Below the pieces are notes generated by a model. That model had not been told where the DNA came from, did no database searches, and saw only the letters and a list, made by a program, of their open reading frames with translations. Positions 26,076 to 39,540 of a DNA stretch of 64,000 nt are shown in pieces. Source of the stretch: Camelus ferus (taxonomy: Eukaryota); the NCBI RefSeq assembly GCF_009834535.1, contig NC_045697.1, positions 74,712,001 through 74,776,000 of the forward strand. The letters are read 5' to 3'. A program made the position numbers and the translations under genes. How positions within the stretch are numbered: the first letter of the stretch is position 1; every line of letters begins with the position of its first letter.

Positions 26076-29000
26076 CTTATTTATAACTTAGATGATTGAT
26101 TTCTTGAATATGTGTAAGCACATTTGACTGTCCTTTATGATTGGATTACCGCATTCTGTTGATTCTTATTTTGTATCTGGCTTTATTCCTTTAATGACTA
26201 TGTAAGTTTAAAAGCTAAAGCTCTAATCTGTTCTTAGAAACAATGATCAGTACATATATTAAACTTAAAATTGTGCAGTATATTGTATATATGTACTTAC
26301 ATGCAATAGAATGAATATGTGTAGTCAAACAGTAATCTACCTAATAGAACTGAAAAAAGAAAAAAATTATCTCAATTTTGTAAATAAAACAGGCTCAGAA
26401 AGATTAAGTAAGTTGTTGAAGGTCACACAACTGTCAAGTCACAGAGAAGCAAAGGATAGGATTTGATCCAAGGTCTGTGTGATTTACAGGTCCATGTTCT
26501 TTTTATTAAATTGCTTTTCTCTTATTACTCTTGTAGTAAGTTCTCAATGTTCTATATAAGGAGAAGGAGTGATAATAGTATGTACCTCATGGTTGTGTGT
26601 TGATTAAATAGGTTAATATTATGAACTGCTTAGAACAGGACCTGGCAGCTACTAAAGAAAAATTAGGTATTACTATTACCTAGTAATAGCTAACAGGAAA
26701 TTCGAGATGGTTTCTACTATCATCCATAATTATTTTATATGTGAATGGTTGAGTAGGATCACTGTCATCCCTCACTATTCTTGGTATTTTAAGACTTTAT
26801 GGCCTATATTTGTCTTTTCCATTATCATTTCTCTCTGTTACTAACATATTTTACTAACTATGTGGGTAAGGTATGTTTTATGTTGAACATTTTATTGGAA
26901 AAAACTGTCATGTGGATTTACTCATAAAAATGTTTAAAGCTGAACATTATACCATCTCCTACCAAATGAATTATTACCTGATCTTAACCAGCTGTAATTC
27001 TTTTTGTGTTTTTAGTTTGTGATAATAATATTTTGGTTTCACTGAGATGGCAGTCTTTTCATTTACATTTCCTAATCTCTTTACACTATTAGATAACAAA
27101 GATTTTGAGGATTACTCTGTTTTCTCACTTATCGCATTGTTTCCTCTTATGTGTACATATCTTTATATGTTCAGCTCATTTGTGTTTCTGTGTTTTGAAA
27201 CATGGCATTCTCTCTTCCTGAACTTACACCTGTGCTTTAATACGTGTTTAAAAAGTCAAATTTTAGTTCACTCTTTTTTGCAACTGTATTTTCCAGGTAG
27301 TTAATAGGTTTACCTCAGTAAAATTATGTATTTTTTTCTCTTAGGCTAGGATGTGTAATCTTTATTTTTGCAAATTATCGTTAATCTTTGTTTTGAAGCT
27401 TTTTATGTGAGTCAGGATAAGAGTTTCATGTTTTGCTTTATAAGCAACTTAGCTGGTATTTGTGAGATTAATTTCTGGGCCTACTGTGGAATTCATGAGA
27501 ACTATTTTATACTTAAATCTGTTTGTTTCATATCAGTTTAGATACAAGTTTATTAGGGCTTTTTTCAAAGTATATCACTCATTTCATATTCATCTTAGTA
27601 TTACTCATTAAAATTTTCTTTGCCAGGAAATTAAAAGTTACAAATTATGCCAAATCAAATACTCATTATTTTACTTGTTTTTGATAGCTATATTTCACCT
27701 TTTGAATGTATTTGATCATTACTATTAGAGTAAAATAGATGTCAAACTGAAAGAATGCTATAACTAGTATATTAAAGGTTGAGAAGAGCATAGCTTTTTT
27801 ACTTTAACACTTATCATATGTCCATCTGTATTTTTCTCTAAAATTCTGGCTTTGCAGACATTTGAGGCACAACAGGGCATCCTGTATTCACTTTTCGTAA
27901 AAAATTGGCAGAATTTAAAAGGTGATATCTTCATTTTCAATTTTTTTGTACCTTTTTTCTTTTTTGCTCTGTATTTTTCTAAACAATTAAGTAACAGTGC
28001 TTGTAGAAAAGGAGCTTATTCCAGATTAATCCCCCATTTATATTTTCTTCATTTACTAGCAACTTTATTTTCATAGGATTAAAAAATTGCTTTCATATCA
28101 TAAATTGTCAATTTTAGCATGAAGTATTTTGAGGGTTGGTTTTCTTTTTATAAAAAAAGCAAACATTTAAGTGTTCTTTGTATAAGATGGTTATTGCCTA
28201 GTTGAAATTTGTATTATTTGTCCATTATTAGCCAATTTTTTCTTTATGAAAGAAATTTACCATTTATTGAGTGTGCATCATTTAAAATCAGAATTATTTC
28301 AGAAGTGCTTATGTCACAGTTTGAATTATAAATTGATGTTAAATTAGGTAAAAAAGAGCAATTCATAGTATTGTTAATGATTAACCTTGTCTTTTGTCAG
28401 TGTGACTATTTTTCTTAATATTTGGCAGTTTGAACTTAAGTATGATGAATTAATCTCAGGATATTTGCTTATATGCATTTTTCTGCACATTGATAATTTT
28501 TTTCTAATTTCTATGAATTAGTTTAAAGTTAAAATTCTTATTCTAATTTCTTTTACATAGGATACAGTATGATACTGACATTATTTGAGTAGGTGTATGA
28601 ATAATATGGATGTTTTCCAAATTGTTGACCTTTTTCTTTTAATATTTGTTTGGCCTCCCTAATTTACCTATTTTTCCTTAAATTTGTACATAATTAAATA
28701 AACAGTAGAAATATCCAATATACAAAAGAAACATAGAAAGAAAGAAAGCAATTCTTTTTACTTTGGAACCCCGTCGTGGTGCTCGGTTATCCCTTAGTTG
28801 AAGTTATTGTTATTTTTTCCCTTAGCGTTCCCATCTTATGTCATAATAGTCTGCAGTGTTTTAAAGCTTTCTTTAAAGCTTTCCAGCCTAAAATATGGTT
28901 AAATAGCATGTTTTCTGCTTTTTAGAAAAAAATCAATTTTCTTTTCCAAACAGAATGAGAAATTAACCTATTAATATTTCTGCCTTCTGTTTGGTCTGTT

Positions 29001-29165
29001 GCTCTACGTAGGAAAAATGTTTTTCATTGTTCTGTTACAGTAGAAAATGCTTTTCATTTCAGACTGCTTGTTCATGGTGTCCTATACAATAAATTTATTC
29101 CTTCTACAGTATAATTTATCACTTTTATTTTTTCACTTAGGATTTTCTGCCGTTTCTTTGCAAAA

Positions 29166-29274
29166 ATGGCAACCAGTGATGCTGTCCTGAAGAGACTGGA
29201 ACAGAAGGGTGCAGAGGCAGATCAAATTATTGAATATCTTAAGCAGCAAGTTGCTCTTCTTAAGGAGAAAGCAA
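29166..29274 (+). CDS. AIMP1: AIMP1 (p43/pro-EMAP II) exon 2 CDS, 109 nt (exon starts 29141)
   Basis: Acceptor TTTTTTCACTTAG, start context AAAATGG, encodes MATSDAVLKRLEQKGAEADQIIEYLKQQVALLKEKA, donor A|GTAAGA. Confidence 0.96.
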
Positions 29275-30559
29275 GTAAGAAAATTTAAATTTTCTAAGAG
29301 GATACTCAAAAATGAATTCATAAATTGACAGAGCAGAAAAAAGTTTTTACACATACATTATTACTTCACAATCTTATTGATAACTTTTATATTCCTTTAA
29401 TAATAATTTTGAGTGAAATGATATACTAGGATTAAGGTAAGTTAGAATTAGGGTAAGTGAATGTATGATATTTAGAGAAAACAATGTATTACTTCAAGAC
29501 TACTAAAGGAAAATTAATATTTAAAATAAATTGGTATAGAATTAGAGATGAAAAATGAGGAAATTGGGTAAAATCAAGTATGAACTAAAACATATTCTCT
29601 AATCTTGTATAGAAGAAAATATATACTTTCACATTACTCTCTGCTAAAACATTTTATGAAATGACTGACTATTTTTCCAATACTTTAGTTTTGCTTAGAG
29701 ATTGCTATGATATGTACAAAAATATCCAATATGAATTTCTGCTTTTAGAATGTAGGTTGACTTTTGTTTTGTTTGTTTAACTGTAATTTATTTCTCAGTA
29801 GCCAATGTTAATGTAATGAAAATTCTAAAATCTTTTACCATCACTTACAGAAATAAATGCTTTTCTCTGCTACATAAAACTGAGTGGCTTATAGAATCCT
29901 ACATTTACTCTCCCCAGATTTTTCCCTTTATCAGTTTTTTTCTTAATTTTAAATACTGTTTTAATTATTTCTTTTTTTATAATATTTTTATAAGTATTTT
30001 TCTTAAAATTTTAAGTGATTTCTTATTACTTAAAACTCTTAATATTTCTTCCCATTAATAAGAAGATATATAATATAGAGATGGATGTAATATACAGAAG
30101 AATTTTTAAATTCTTTTAAGAAAGTAATTTGTAAATAGTAATAATAAAATATGTATTTCAGTAAGTAAATACTTAGGTAGGACTATACTCCCAGACATAT
30201 AAAGGTCATATGCTATATGGTTCAGATATGTGGAATCACCAGGAATGCTACAGGTATAACACTGATTGATATAGACTGATATAGTCTGCCTTAGTGTAGG
30301 CAATTCAGATACCAGAAGCAGCCTTCAGTCATGTTTTTGACTTACTTGGAATGACCAATGATTCTTTAGGTAAAGCTCCTGAACAAAACAAAGTACTGTC
30401 TCTTCTTAATTTACATGGTACTTGATTCCTAGAAAATTCAGAGTATAATGAAAACATTTAAGAATATTTCATGCTTATATATAAAAAATGGTTAGGATCT
30501 AGGCTCAAATAATTAACAAGATTTTCACTTATACAAATATACAGTAAGTCACTGCAATA

Positions 30560-30730
30560 TCCTGTAGGATGTGAGATGACTGTTCATTTTGCAGGAGTAT
30601 CAAGTATATTGCAGGACATCTGGCATCCCTGACCCCTCTCCAACAAATGCCAGTAATATTTGTGACAATCAAAATGCTACCACAGATTTTCAAAATCCCA
30701 TCTAGGGAGCAGTACCAACCCCACTGAGAG
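30560..30730 (-). mobile_element. MER20-like hAT DNA transposon remnant
   Basis: GCATCCCTGACC...ATGCCAGTA...TTGTGACAATCAAAATG resembles antisense MER20. Confidence 0.55.
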
Positions 30731-31282
30731 TAACTTTTTTTTTTTTTTGATATTTCTATATACCCTGTTGCTCACCTTTAACACATATTATATATTGAGC
30801 AAATCTTTGGAGTTAATTTCATTCATTAAATGTTTGACCAGCTCAACTTCTGTGACATTAGGAGTAAAAGATTATTTAGCTCCTTTTACAAGGTAATGAC
30901 TAAAAAGGAATAAATGAGAATAATTTTTTATTGTTTGGTATCATTAGATCTCAAAAATGTTTTTTAAAAATTAGTATATCTAATATTTGTCTTTGTTTCT
31001 TGCAGTTAATGTTACTGAAACTCTGAATTTAAGTTGTCATAAGCATCTTTATAAAAGCTAGGAAAATGATTGGTTAACAAAACCTTTTCACAGATTTTCT
31101 CCCTTTTTCTCTCTCTTTTAAATATGTTGTTTTAATAAATACTAAACTGATGTAAAGGAACTGGCCAAACATTTGGTTATGAGCTATGTTTATACTGGCT
31201 ATGCTGTTTTCAAGTAGTATTCATAAGAAACCATTTGGAAAGCACTGCTGTATCTATCTTATATGGATGTTTTTGATCTCAG

Positions 31283-31396
31283 TTTTGCAGGCAACTTTGA
31301 GAGAAGAGAAGAAACTTCGAGTTGAAAATGCCAAATTGAAGAAAGAAATTGAAGAATTGAAACAGGAGCTAATTAAGGCAGAAATTCAAAATGGAG
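31283..31396 (+). CDS. AIMP1: AIMP1 exon 3, 114 nt
   Basis: CTCAG|TT TTG CAG..., encoding (I)LQATLREEKKLRVENAKLKKEIEELKQELIKAEIQNG; donor G|GTGATT. Confidence 0.95.
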
Positions 31397-31616
31397 GTGA
31401 TTAAATGTAGAAATGATAGGTTGTTTTAATTTATAATAATAATTAGTATATCATTTATTGTTTATTAAGTTAGGTTTTATACTTGGTTGCTCATCTTATC
31501 CCCACAGCAGCCTTCTCATGCATTCATCCTCCGAGATTGAAGAGACTTAGAAAAGGCAAATGATCTTGCCTGAGATCATGCAAAAAGTATCAAAGCTGGG
31601 CTTCAGAAACCTATGC

Positions 31617-31821
31617 TTTTTTTTTTTGGTATATATATTTTTATTGAAGTATAGTCAGTTTACAATGTTGTGTCAGTTTCTAGTGTATAGCATAATGCTT
31701 CCGTCATACATGAACATACATATATTTGCTTTCGTATTCTTTTTCACCATAAGTTATTATAAGATATTGAATATAGTTCCCTGTGCTATACAGTAGAAAC
31801 TTGTTGTTTATATATTTTATA
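31617..31821 (-). mobile_element. Short L1 3' end
   Basis: T-run, then ATTGAAGTATAGTCAGTTTACAATGTTGTG...ATAGTTCCCTGTGCTATACAGTAG. AGAAACCT on both flanks may be a partial TSD. Confidence 0.8.
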
Positions 31822-33446
31822 AGAAACCTGTTTTTAATCTCTGTACTATACTTCAGCTTGATCATCACTGTTCCCTAGTGAATAGTTGTAAGCCATAATA
31901 ATACTTAATTAGCATTTATTAAGTTTTTCTGTATACCAAGCACTGTGTGCCAAGTGCTTCATACATACACATTTTATCCTTAAAATTATTTGTACATAAA
32001 TATCCTTGTTTTATACATTGAAGCTGAGAGATGTATAGTAATTTGCCTGAAATTAAATACTATTTATAAGTTATCCAAGCCAGCAGGTAATTATCATTTC
32101 AGCTATTATGTTGTAAATAAAATTATATTTTTTTAAATTATTTTAAAGGTGTCTAGCTAAATTTACATTATTATAAAATAACATTAATAGTAATAATAAT
32201 TCTATTATAATTTCAAAGTACCACATAGGAAGGCATTTGATTGTATTGGAGAAAATATTTCCTAGGTGAATTAAGGAGGCCCAAGTATAGGGAAACCTCT
32301 CTTACTACTACTTCTTTTGACCTTTATTCTGTCAGTAAGTTATTTTGAATGCTGTACTGTGAACTCTACCCTTAGTAAGCTAAATAAAAGTAAGGAAAAA
32401 CATCAATAATATTTATTTAAAACTATCAACTGGAGAGAATATTTTTTGTCAGTGGAAAATTTGAGGCTAATTGATGTTTCTCAAGATTAGGGGGTTTGGA
32501 ATATAGGTATAGAATTAAATAAACAACTAAAATATTAGCAATGTAAAACTTCTTGTCATTTCTTCTAGCTCTAGAAGATTGCCCTGTAAACATTAAACTT
32601 TTAAATTCTCATCTTATTAATGAAATGCTAAAACAAACCAACAGCTTGAATTAAAGTGCTGAATTCCTGTCTGATGGTGAAACATAAAATAGGAATGGAT
32701 GGAGGGTCACATTACTAAAAGAAGCAATAGCCTCCAAGGAACTTAAAAAGTACCTCAGAAAAGTGATCTGAATATTGGCCGGAATGTCAGCCATATCAAA
32801 ATCCCTCACAAGATTATATTTTTGTATGTTCACTAGGCTATGAAAATGTTTTTAACATTGCTGAAACAGTTTTCTTTGCTTCTTTAAAAAGTTGTTTTTT
32901 GAAATAGAATTATGGACAAGTGATGCTATTGTCTCTCCATTAATTCTGATATAGAAATGACTATTACTAAAACATCTTTCCAGTTGATTGTTCAGTTTAA
33001 AAGAAAACCTGAGTGAAAAACATGCCATGTTGCTAAACCATGAGGGTATAGTCTCTGGAGACAGACAGCCTGGGTATAAATTCTTACTTCCCTACTCACT
33101 GTGTGTATGAAGGGCCTGTGTCTTCTGTTTGGCTCAGGTTGATCATCTGTAAATGGATATGAATAGAACTTACCATGTAGGGTATTTATGAGAATTGCAA
33201 GAGTTAATTCATATAAAGCATTTTGAAAAGTGTCTAGGACTTAGTAAGTTCATAATAAATATTAGCTAAAATTGTTGTTACCTATAATTTTCTCAGTTTA
33301 GTTGTTAGTGATTAAGTGAAAATGATGCATTCTTTTATCATGGTTAAAATATACATAATTTCTTGGCAGCCTTTTTATAATCTCAGATAGTAGAGACTTG
33401 ATACTCAAATACAATGAATTTCTGTTTTAAAAAGAGTTCATATTTT

Positions 33447-34065
33447 ACCATATGAGCTGGCAATTCCGTTCCTGGGTTTATATATCCTAAAAAACCAAAA
33501 GCACTAATTTGAAAAGATACATGCACCCCAATGTTCATACAAGCATTATTTACAATCACCAAGATATGGAAGCAGCATCAATATCCATCAACAGATGAAT
33601 GGATAAAGATGTGGTATATTTATACAATGGAATACCACTCAGCTATTAAAAAAAATGAAATTTTGCCATTTGCAGCAGCATAGATGGATTTGGAGGGTAT
33701 TATGCTAAGTGAAATAAGTCAGAGAAAGACAAATACTGTATTAAATCACTTACATATGGAATCTAAAAAATACAACAGACTATTAAATATAACAGAAAAG
33801 AAGCTGACTCACAGATACAAAGAACAAACTAGTGGTTACCAGTGGGAGAGGGGTGTGGGGAGTGGGAGTATAGGGGTAGTGAGTTAAGAGGTATAAGTAT
33901 TAGGTATAAAGTAAACTACAAGGATATATTGTGCAACATGGAGAGTATAGCCAATATTTTATAATAACTATACATGGAGTATAACCTTTACAAATTGTGA
34001 ATCACTGTATTGTACACCTACAACTTATATAATATTGTATATCAACTATACTTCAATAAAAAAAA
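33447..34065 (+). mobile_element. 5'-truncated L1 with TSD
   Basis: ORF2 end and 3' UTR to CTTCAATAAAAAAAA. TTCATATTTT is repeated at 33437-33446 and 34066-34075. Confidence 0.9.
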
Positions 34066-34150
34066 TTCATATTTTTGATTCACAGTTTCATGGTTTTCCA
34101 TTTGTTTGTTTGAATATAAATGGCATTATCTATTTCATTTTCTCTGTCAG

Positions 34151-34318
34151 TGAAACAAATACCATTCCCATCTGATACTCCACTGCAAGCTGATTCTACA
34201 GCTTCTGAAAATGTGGTACAGTCTATACCAATAACAACCATATCTTCTGGTGCCAAAGAGCAGATAAAAGGAGAAGGAGAAGGAGAAAAGAAGGTGAAGG
34301 ATAAAATTGAAAAGAAAG
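34151..34318 (+). CDS. AIMP1: AIMP1 exon 4, 168 nt
   Basis: TCTCTGTCAG|TG AAA..., encoding (V)KQIPFPSDTPLQADSTASENVVQSIPITTISSGAKEQIKGEGEGEKKVKDKIEKK; donor G|GTATTT. Confidence 0.95.
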
Positions 34319-34874
34319 GTATTTTTAACCTTTAAAGTTATTTGTCACTTGACTGGTTTATCAGATCAACATTTTTGATAACAATAATGGCGTCACAAAG
34401 AAAAGTTCAAACTTTTATGAACTAGAATAAAGTTTGTAATAATCGGATATTGGAATAGAGAAGCTGGGCCCTAAAGGACATGTGAAGATTGACCAGGTTG
34501 ACAGGGGTAAGTAAGAGTGTGGCATTTGAGGTAGAGAGACCAGCATAACTTAAAACGTAGAAAATAAAGATTAAGTGTAGAGGCTCTTGTATAGTTTGAT
34601 CTGACTGAATTTAGGTGTATATATAGAGTATATATAGTATATAGGGACTTCAGAGAAGTCACAGGTAGAAAGTTACCTTAGAACCATTTGTGAAGACAGA
34701 AAAAGCAGAAGGTATGAACTAAGGCATGGGGGTGTTAAGGTTTGAGGAACCCCAAGGAACTGAAGTAGGAGGTGTATCATGTCCACTTAGGCAATCAGAC
34801 TAGAAATCTTACAGTCAACTTAAACTTGTCCCTGTCCCTCAATTTTCATATCTAATTGGCTACCGAAGCCTATA

Positions 34875-36976
34875 CAGGCATACCTTGTAAATGCTGCCGG
34901 TTTGATTCTAGACCACTGCAATAAAGCAAATATTGCAAGAAAGCAAATCAGAATTTTTTGGTTTCCCAGTACATGTGAAAGTTAGTTTACACTATACTGT
35001 AGTCTATTAAGTGTTCAATAGTACTACGTCTTAAAAAATAACATACACACCTTAATTAAAAGTACTTTATTGCTAATGCTAGCTATCACCTGAGCTTTCA
35101 GCAAGTCATAATCTTTTTGCTGGGAGAGTCTTTTTTTGATATTGATGGCTTCTGACTGATCAGCAACCTTGCTGAAGGCTGGGGTGCCTGTGGTAACTTT
35201 TAAAAATAAGACAGTGAAGTTTGCTGTATTGATTGAATCTTCCTCTCAATCTTGCTCATCCATTGGAGGCAACTCTTTATCCATTAAATTTTATCATGAG
35301 ATCTCAATAATTCAGTCACACTTTCAGGTTCCACTTCTAATTCTAGTTCTCTTGCTGTTTCCATCACATCTGCAGTTCCTTCCTCCACTGACTTCTTGAA
35401 CCCCTCAAATCATCCATGAGGATTGAAATCAGCTTCCTCCAGACCCCTGTTAATGTTGATATTTGACCTCTTTTTGTTAATTACAAATGTTCTTTATGGT
35501 GTCTAGAATAGCAAATGCTTTCCAGAAGGTTTTCAGTTGACTGCCTAGCTCCATCAGGAGAATCACTATGGTATCTATAGCCTTACAAAAATGTATTTCT
35601 TAAATAATAAGGCTTGAAAGTCAAAATTACTTTTTGATCCATGGGCTACAGACCTTAGTCTCATTGCACATCTTCATCAGAGCTCTTGGGTGACCAGGTG
35701 CATTGTGGGTGAGCAGGAACAGTTTGAACAGACTCATTATTTTCTGAGCAGAAAGTCTCAACAGTGGGCTTTAAATATTTAGTAAACCATGTTGTAAACA
35801 GATGTGCTGTCATACAGGCTTTGGTGTTTCATTTATAGAGCACAGGCAGAATAGATTTAGCATCATTTTTAAGGGCCCCACAGTTTTTGGAATGGTAAAT
35901 GAGCATTGGCTTCAACTTAAAGTCACCAGCTGCATTAGCCCCTGACAAGACAGTCAGCCTGTCCTTTGAAACTAGGGATTGACTTCTCTCTAGCTATGAA
36001 AGTCCTAGATGGCATCTTTTTCCAATAGAATGCTGTTTCACCTACGTGGAAAATCTGTTGTTTAGTGTAAAGAGCCACCCTCATTAATGATCTCAGCTAG
36101 AGCTTCTGGATAACTTGCAGCTTCTACATCTGCACTTACTACTTCACCTTGAATTTTTATGTTATGGAGACAACTTTCTTTAAATCATGAACCAGTGTCT
36201 GCTGACTTTAAACTTTTCTTTTGCAGATTTCTTATCTCTCTTAGCCTTCACAAAATTGAAGAAAGTTGGGGCTTTGCTGTGGCTTTTGGGCTTTGACTTA
36301 AGGGAATGTTCTGGCTGGTTTCTATCCAGACCGGCTAAAACTTTCTCCATGTCACCAATAAGACTGTTTTGCTTTCTTACCATTCATGTCTTCATTGGAG
36401 TAGCACTTTTAATTTCCTTCCACTTTCTTTTGCATTCACAACTTGGCTAACTGGCACAAGAGATCTAGGTTCCGGCCTGTCTCAGGTTTTGATGTGCCTT
36501 CCTCTCTACGCTTAATCATTTCTAGCTTTTGATTTAAAGTAAAGGATGTGTGATTCTTCCTTTCCTTTGAACACTAAGAGACCATTGTAGGGTTATTAAT
36601 TGGCCAAATTTCAACAGTGTGTCTCAAGGAATAGAGAGGCCTGAGGAAAGGGAGAGGGATGGTTTCATCTGGTTAGTAGAGCAGTCACAACACACAACAT
36701 TTATTTAACATTTTATATGGGTATTTGCAATTACAATAGTAACATCAAAGATCACTGACCACAGATCACCATAACAAATATAATAATAATGAAAAAGTTT
36801 GAAATATTGCAAAAATTACCAAAATGTGACAGAGAGACATGAAATGAACAAGTGCTTTTGGAAAAATGGTGCCAAGAGACTTGCTTGATGCAGAGTTGCC
36901 ATAAACCTTCAATTTGTAAAATAATGCAATATCTGAAGCATAATAAAGGGAAGCACAATAAAATCAGGTATGCCTG
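34875..36976 (-). mobile_element. Tigger1 (TcMar-Tigger) DNA transposon, near full length, decayed
   Basis: TIRs CAGGCATACCT...AGGTATGCCTG with TA on both sides. ORF 36180-36383 (RKQNSLIGDMEKVL...SRHWFM) is a Tigger1 transposase remnant. Confidence 0.92.
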
Positions 36977-37614
36977 TAATTTCTACCACCAAAACACATC
37001 TGGAGACCAGCTCTGTGCCTCCATTTTGTTAGGTGCTTCCAGGTAGCTCAGGTTCTCATGATCTCATTTGAATTAATGTTAAAGCCTCATGCTTTCTAGT
37101 TTACCTTGCTGTGGAAGCTATTTTTTCAATCATAAATCTGACTTCTCTCCTTTATTCCTTTCTAGACTTTGTTTCCCCAAATATGTCTTAAAAAGTGCTA
37201 TTGTAATTCATTATGCATGCCTCTCATAATACTTATACTCATTTAAAATTTTTTTTTGGAAAATATGAAATGGTTGAGGGGTTTATGAACTAACCAAAGC
37301 CATTTTAGCACCTAACACTTGTCAGTTCCTCTTGGTAAGCATCAGGAGCCTCTGTTAGAAGTAGTTAGGGCCTGGACATCCCTTCTTACATAACTTCACC
37401 ACTAGGTGGTAATGGTTACAATGGAAGCAAGTCAGGCTTATTCTTTCACTTTATTAATTTTATCATGCATCCTGTTCTTACAAGTTTGGTGAGTTCCCTC
37501 CTCAAAGAGGGTGCATTATTGTGGCTACAGGATCAGTCAACCTTCTGGTCAAATGGAGCAACCATATCTTCCTTTGTGGGAGGAGGGAGCATGCAAGTCC
37601 AACTGGAGGTCTAG

Positions 37615-37812
37615 GTCTAGAATGCCTCTCTCCAATAGAGCTTTCTGTTTTGTGTAGCTGCATTATCCAACACAGTAGCCAATAGCCACATGTGGCTATG
37701 AACATTTGAAATGTGTCTGGTATGACTGAAAAACTGAATTTTTAATTTAATTTTAAATTTAAATGTAAATAGCTGTATGGGGTTGACAGCTCCTGTATTG
37801 GACATTGCTGAA
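37615..37812. mobile_element. MER3-like hAT-Charlie MITE
   Basis: TCCAATAGAGCTTTCTG...AGCCACATGTGGCTA...AACTGAATTTTTAATTT...TATTGGACA. Confidence 0.7.
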
Positions 37813-39100
37813 ACAGTGGGCTGTTGCATAAATGTTTGGCTGCTAAGATTGCCAGATTCCAAAATTCTGCTCAAGCAGGGGCTTTAGTGCTCATATAGTC
37901 TTTCTGTACTGCCACATATGAGCATCAATCATTTGTCAGCAAAACATTTATAAAATCCCTTATGATGACTAACAGAATTTTGGTATAGATGTTGATTTTT
38001 GCAATCACCTCTGTAATATGGATTGCTGATAAAGGTATTTCAGATGCTCAGGTGGTAGATTAAAGTTAAAAAATGTTTATGAATATAGTTATATCGTACT
38101 GTTATACTGTGTATAGTATTTTAGAGTAAATATATAGTTTATCACTCAAAGACAACTGCTATTAAGATTTTTGGTGTGTTTTTTTCTAGTAATTATGCAT
38201 ACATTTTTGTATCATTTATGTCTTTACCATTAAAAAAATCTTTTCCTAGAATGTTATATGGAAGATGGTGTTTGTTAAAAAAAAATGCTAATGAGATTAA
38301 AAATTGTCCATTATTTTGAACTAGCTCTACACCCACCTTTGTAAACTATCTTTGTATAAATTGTGAATGTCCTTTATACAAAATCATTTGTTCCCACTCT
38401 GGAGAGTGGAGAGAATTATTCTTCTCTGTGTTTCTATGTTTTTTTGTGTATGAAATGTTTATCACATGTTCCTTGTATACATCTGTCTTAAAAGAGATTT
38501 TTAGTGCCTGGCTAGTGTGGGCCACTAATCTTACAATTTGCTGTGTCTTAGATCTCAGTAAATATTTGTTCAAAGATGAAACAAAGATATAGTTGAGAAA
38601 GGATGCTTCGAAGCCACATTACCTTATCTCAACCTTGTAGTTGGAAGATAAATAAGTTTTTATTTTGTTTTACTTAAAAAAAATTTTTTTTTGATGCCAG
38701 AGAAGCTAAATGTAAACTTAGGAAATATGAACTCTTTACAGGTTGCATTTTGATTCAGTGGCTAAAGTATCTTTTGCTAATGAAAGTTATATTAGAAGCA
38801 TATAAGTAGTAGTAAAATTTTAAAAACATAATCAGAATAAAGTGTTCTATTCCCCTCAAATAGTTGCTGTGGATAAACCTAAAGCCCTAGTAAGTCTTCA
38901 GGGAAATATAAGAAATGGAGAAATTCACTGTATATTTATTGGTGTGTTTAACTGATGAGAGAAACATTTTATCAGTGAAATTATATTTGATTGTAGTTCA
39001 TTCTATTATTGGCTACTGATTGTGGTATTCTTTATAAATAAATAATTTTTCACTCTCTAGAGTCACAGTAAATCTTAAAAAATTCTTTACATGGCTGTTT

Positions 39101-39318
39101 CAGGGATAGGTAAACTTTCTCTGTAAAGGGCTCTTTAGTAAATATGTTAATAAGCTTTGCAGGCTGTAAAGTCTCTGTTACAGCTTCTTCACTCTGCTGT
39201 AGTACAAAGGCATCCAAACAATACATAAATTAATGAATATGGTTTTGTTCTAGTAAAGCTGTTTGACAGGTAGCAAGCTGGATTTGGTCTGTGAGCCATA
39301 GATTACGAACGTCTACGC
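39101..39318. mobile_element. MER58A-like hAT-Charlie MITE
   Basis: CAGGGATAGGTAAACTTTCTCTGTAAAGGGC...GGATTTGGTCTGTGAGCCATAG. Confidence 0.7.
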
Positions 39319-39540
39319 TATGTCATCAGCTAGAGAGACAGGTACTCAATGGAGAAGCAGCTAAAATAGAATTAAGATGTTATGATATGAATAATTCTTT
39401 CCTTTGTTTTTATGTAAGTGAATATAGGAGATAAACACTTTCATTTTTCTTTTAAACTCATCAGTATTAATGCTTTGGAGTTTTTCATAGTGTATTTTTG
39501 TTTTACTTCCGATGTTTACTCATTCATAAGTATTTTTTAG

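Noticed and set aside
31186..31282. ORF-track N-terminal extensions of AIMP1 exons (also at 34120, 39498 and 42559)
   Set aside because: Intronic read-in upstream of clear splice acceptors.
36180..36383. Possible domesticated transposase (TIGD-like)
   Set aside because: Only a short fragment is open; the element is decayed.
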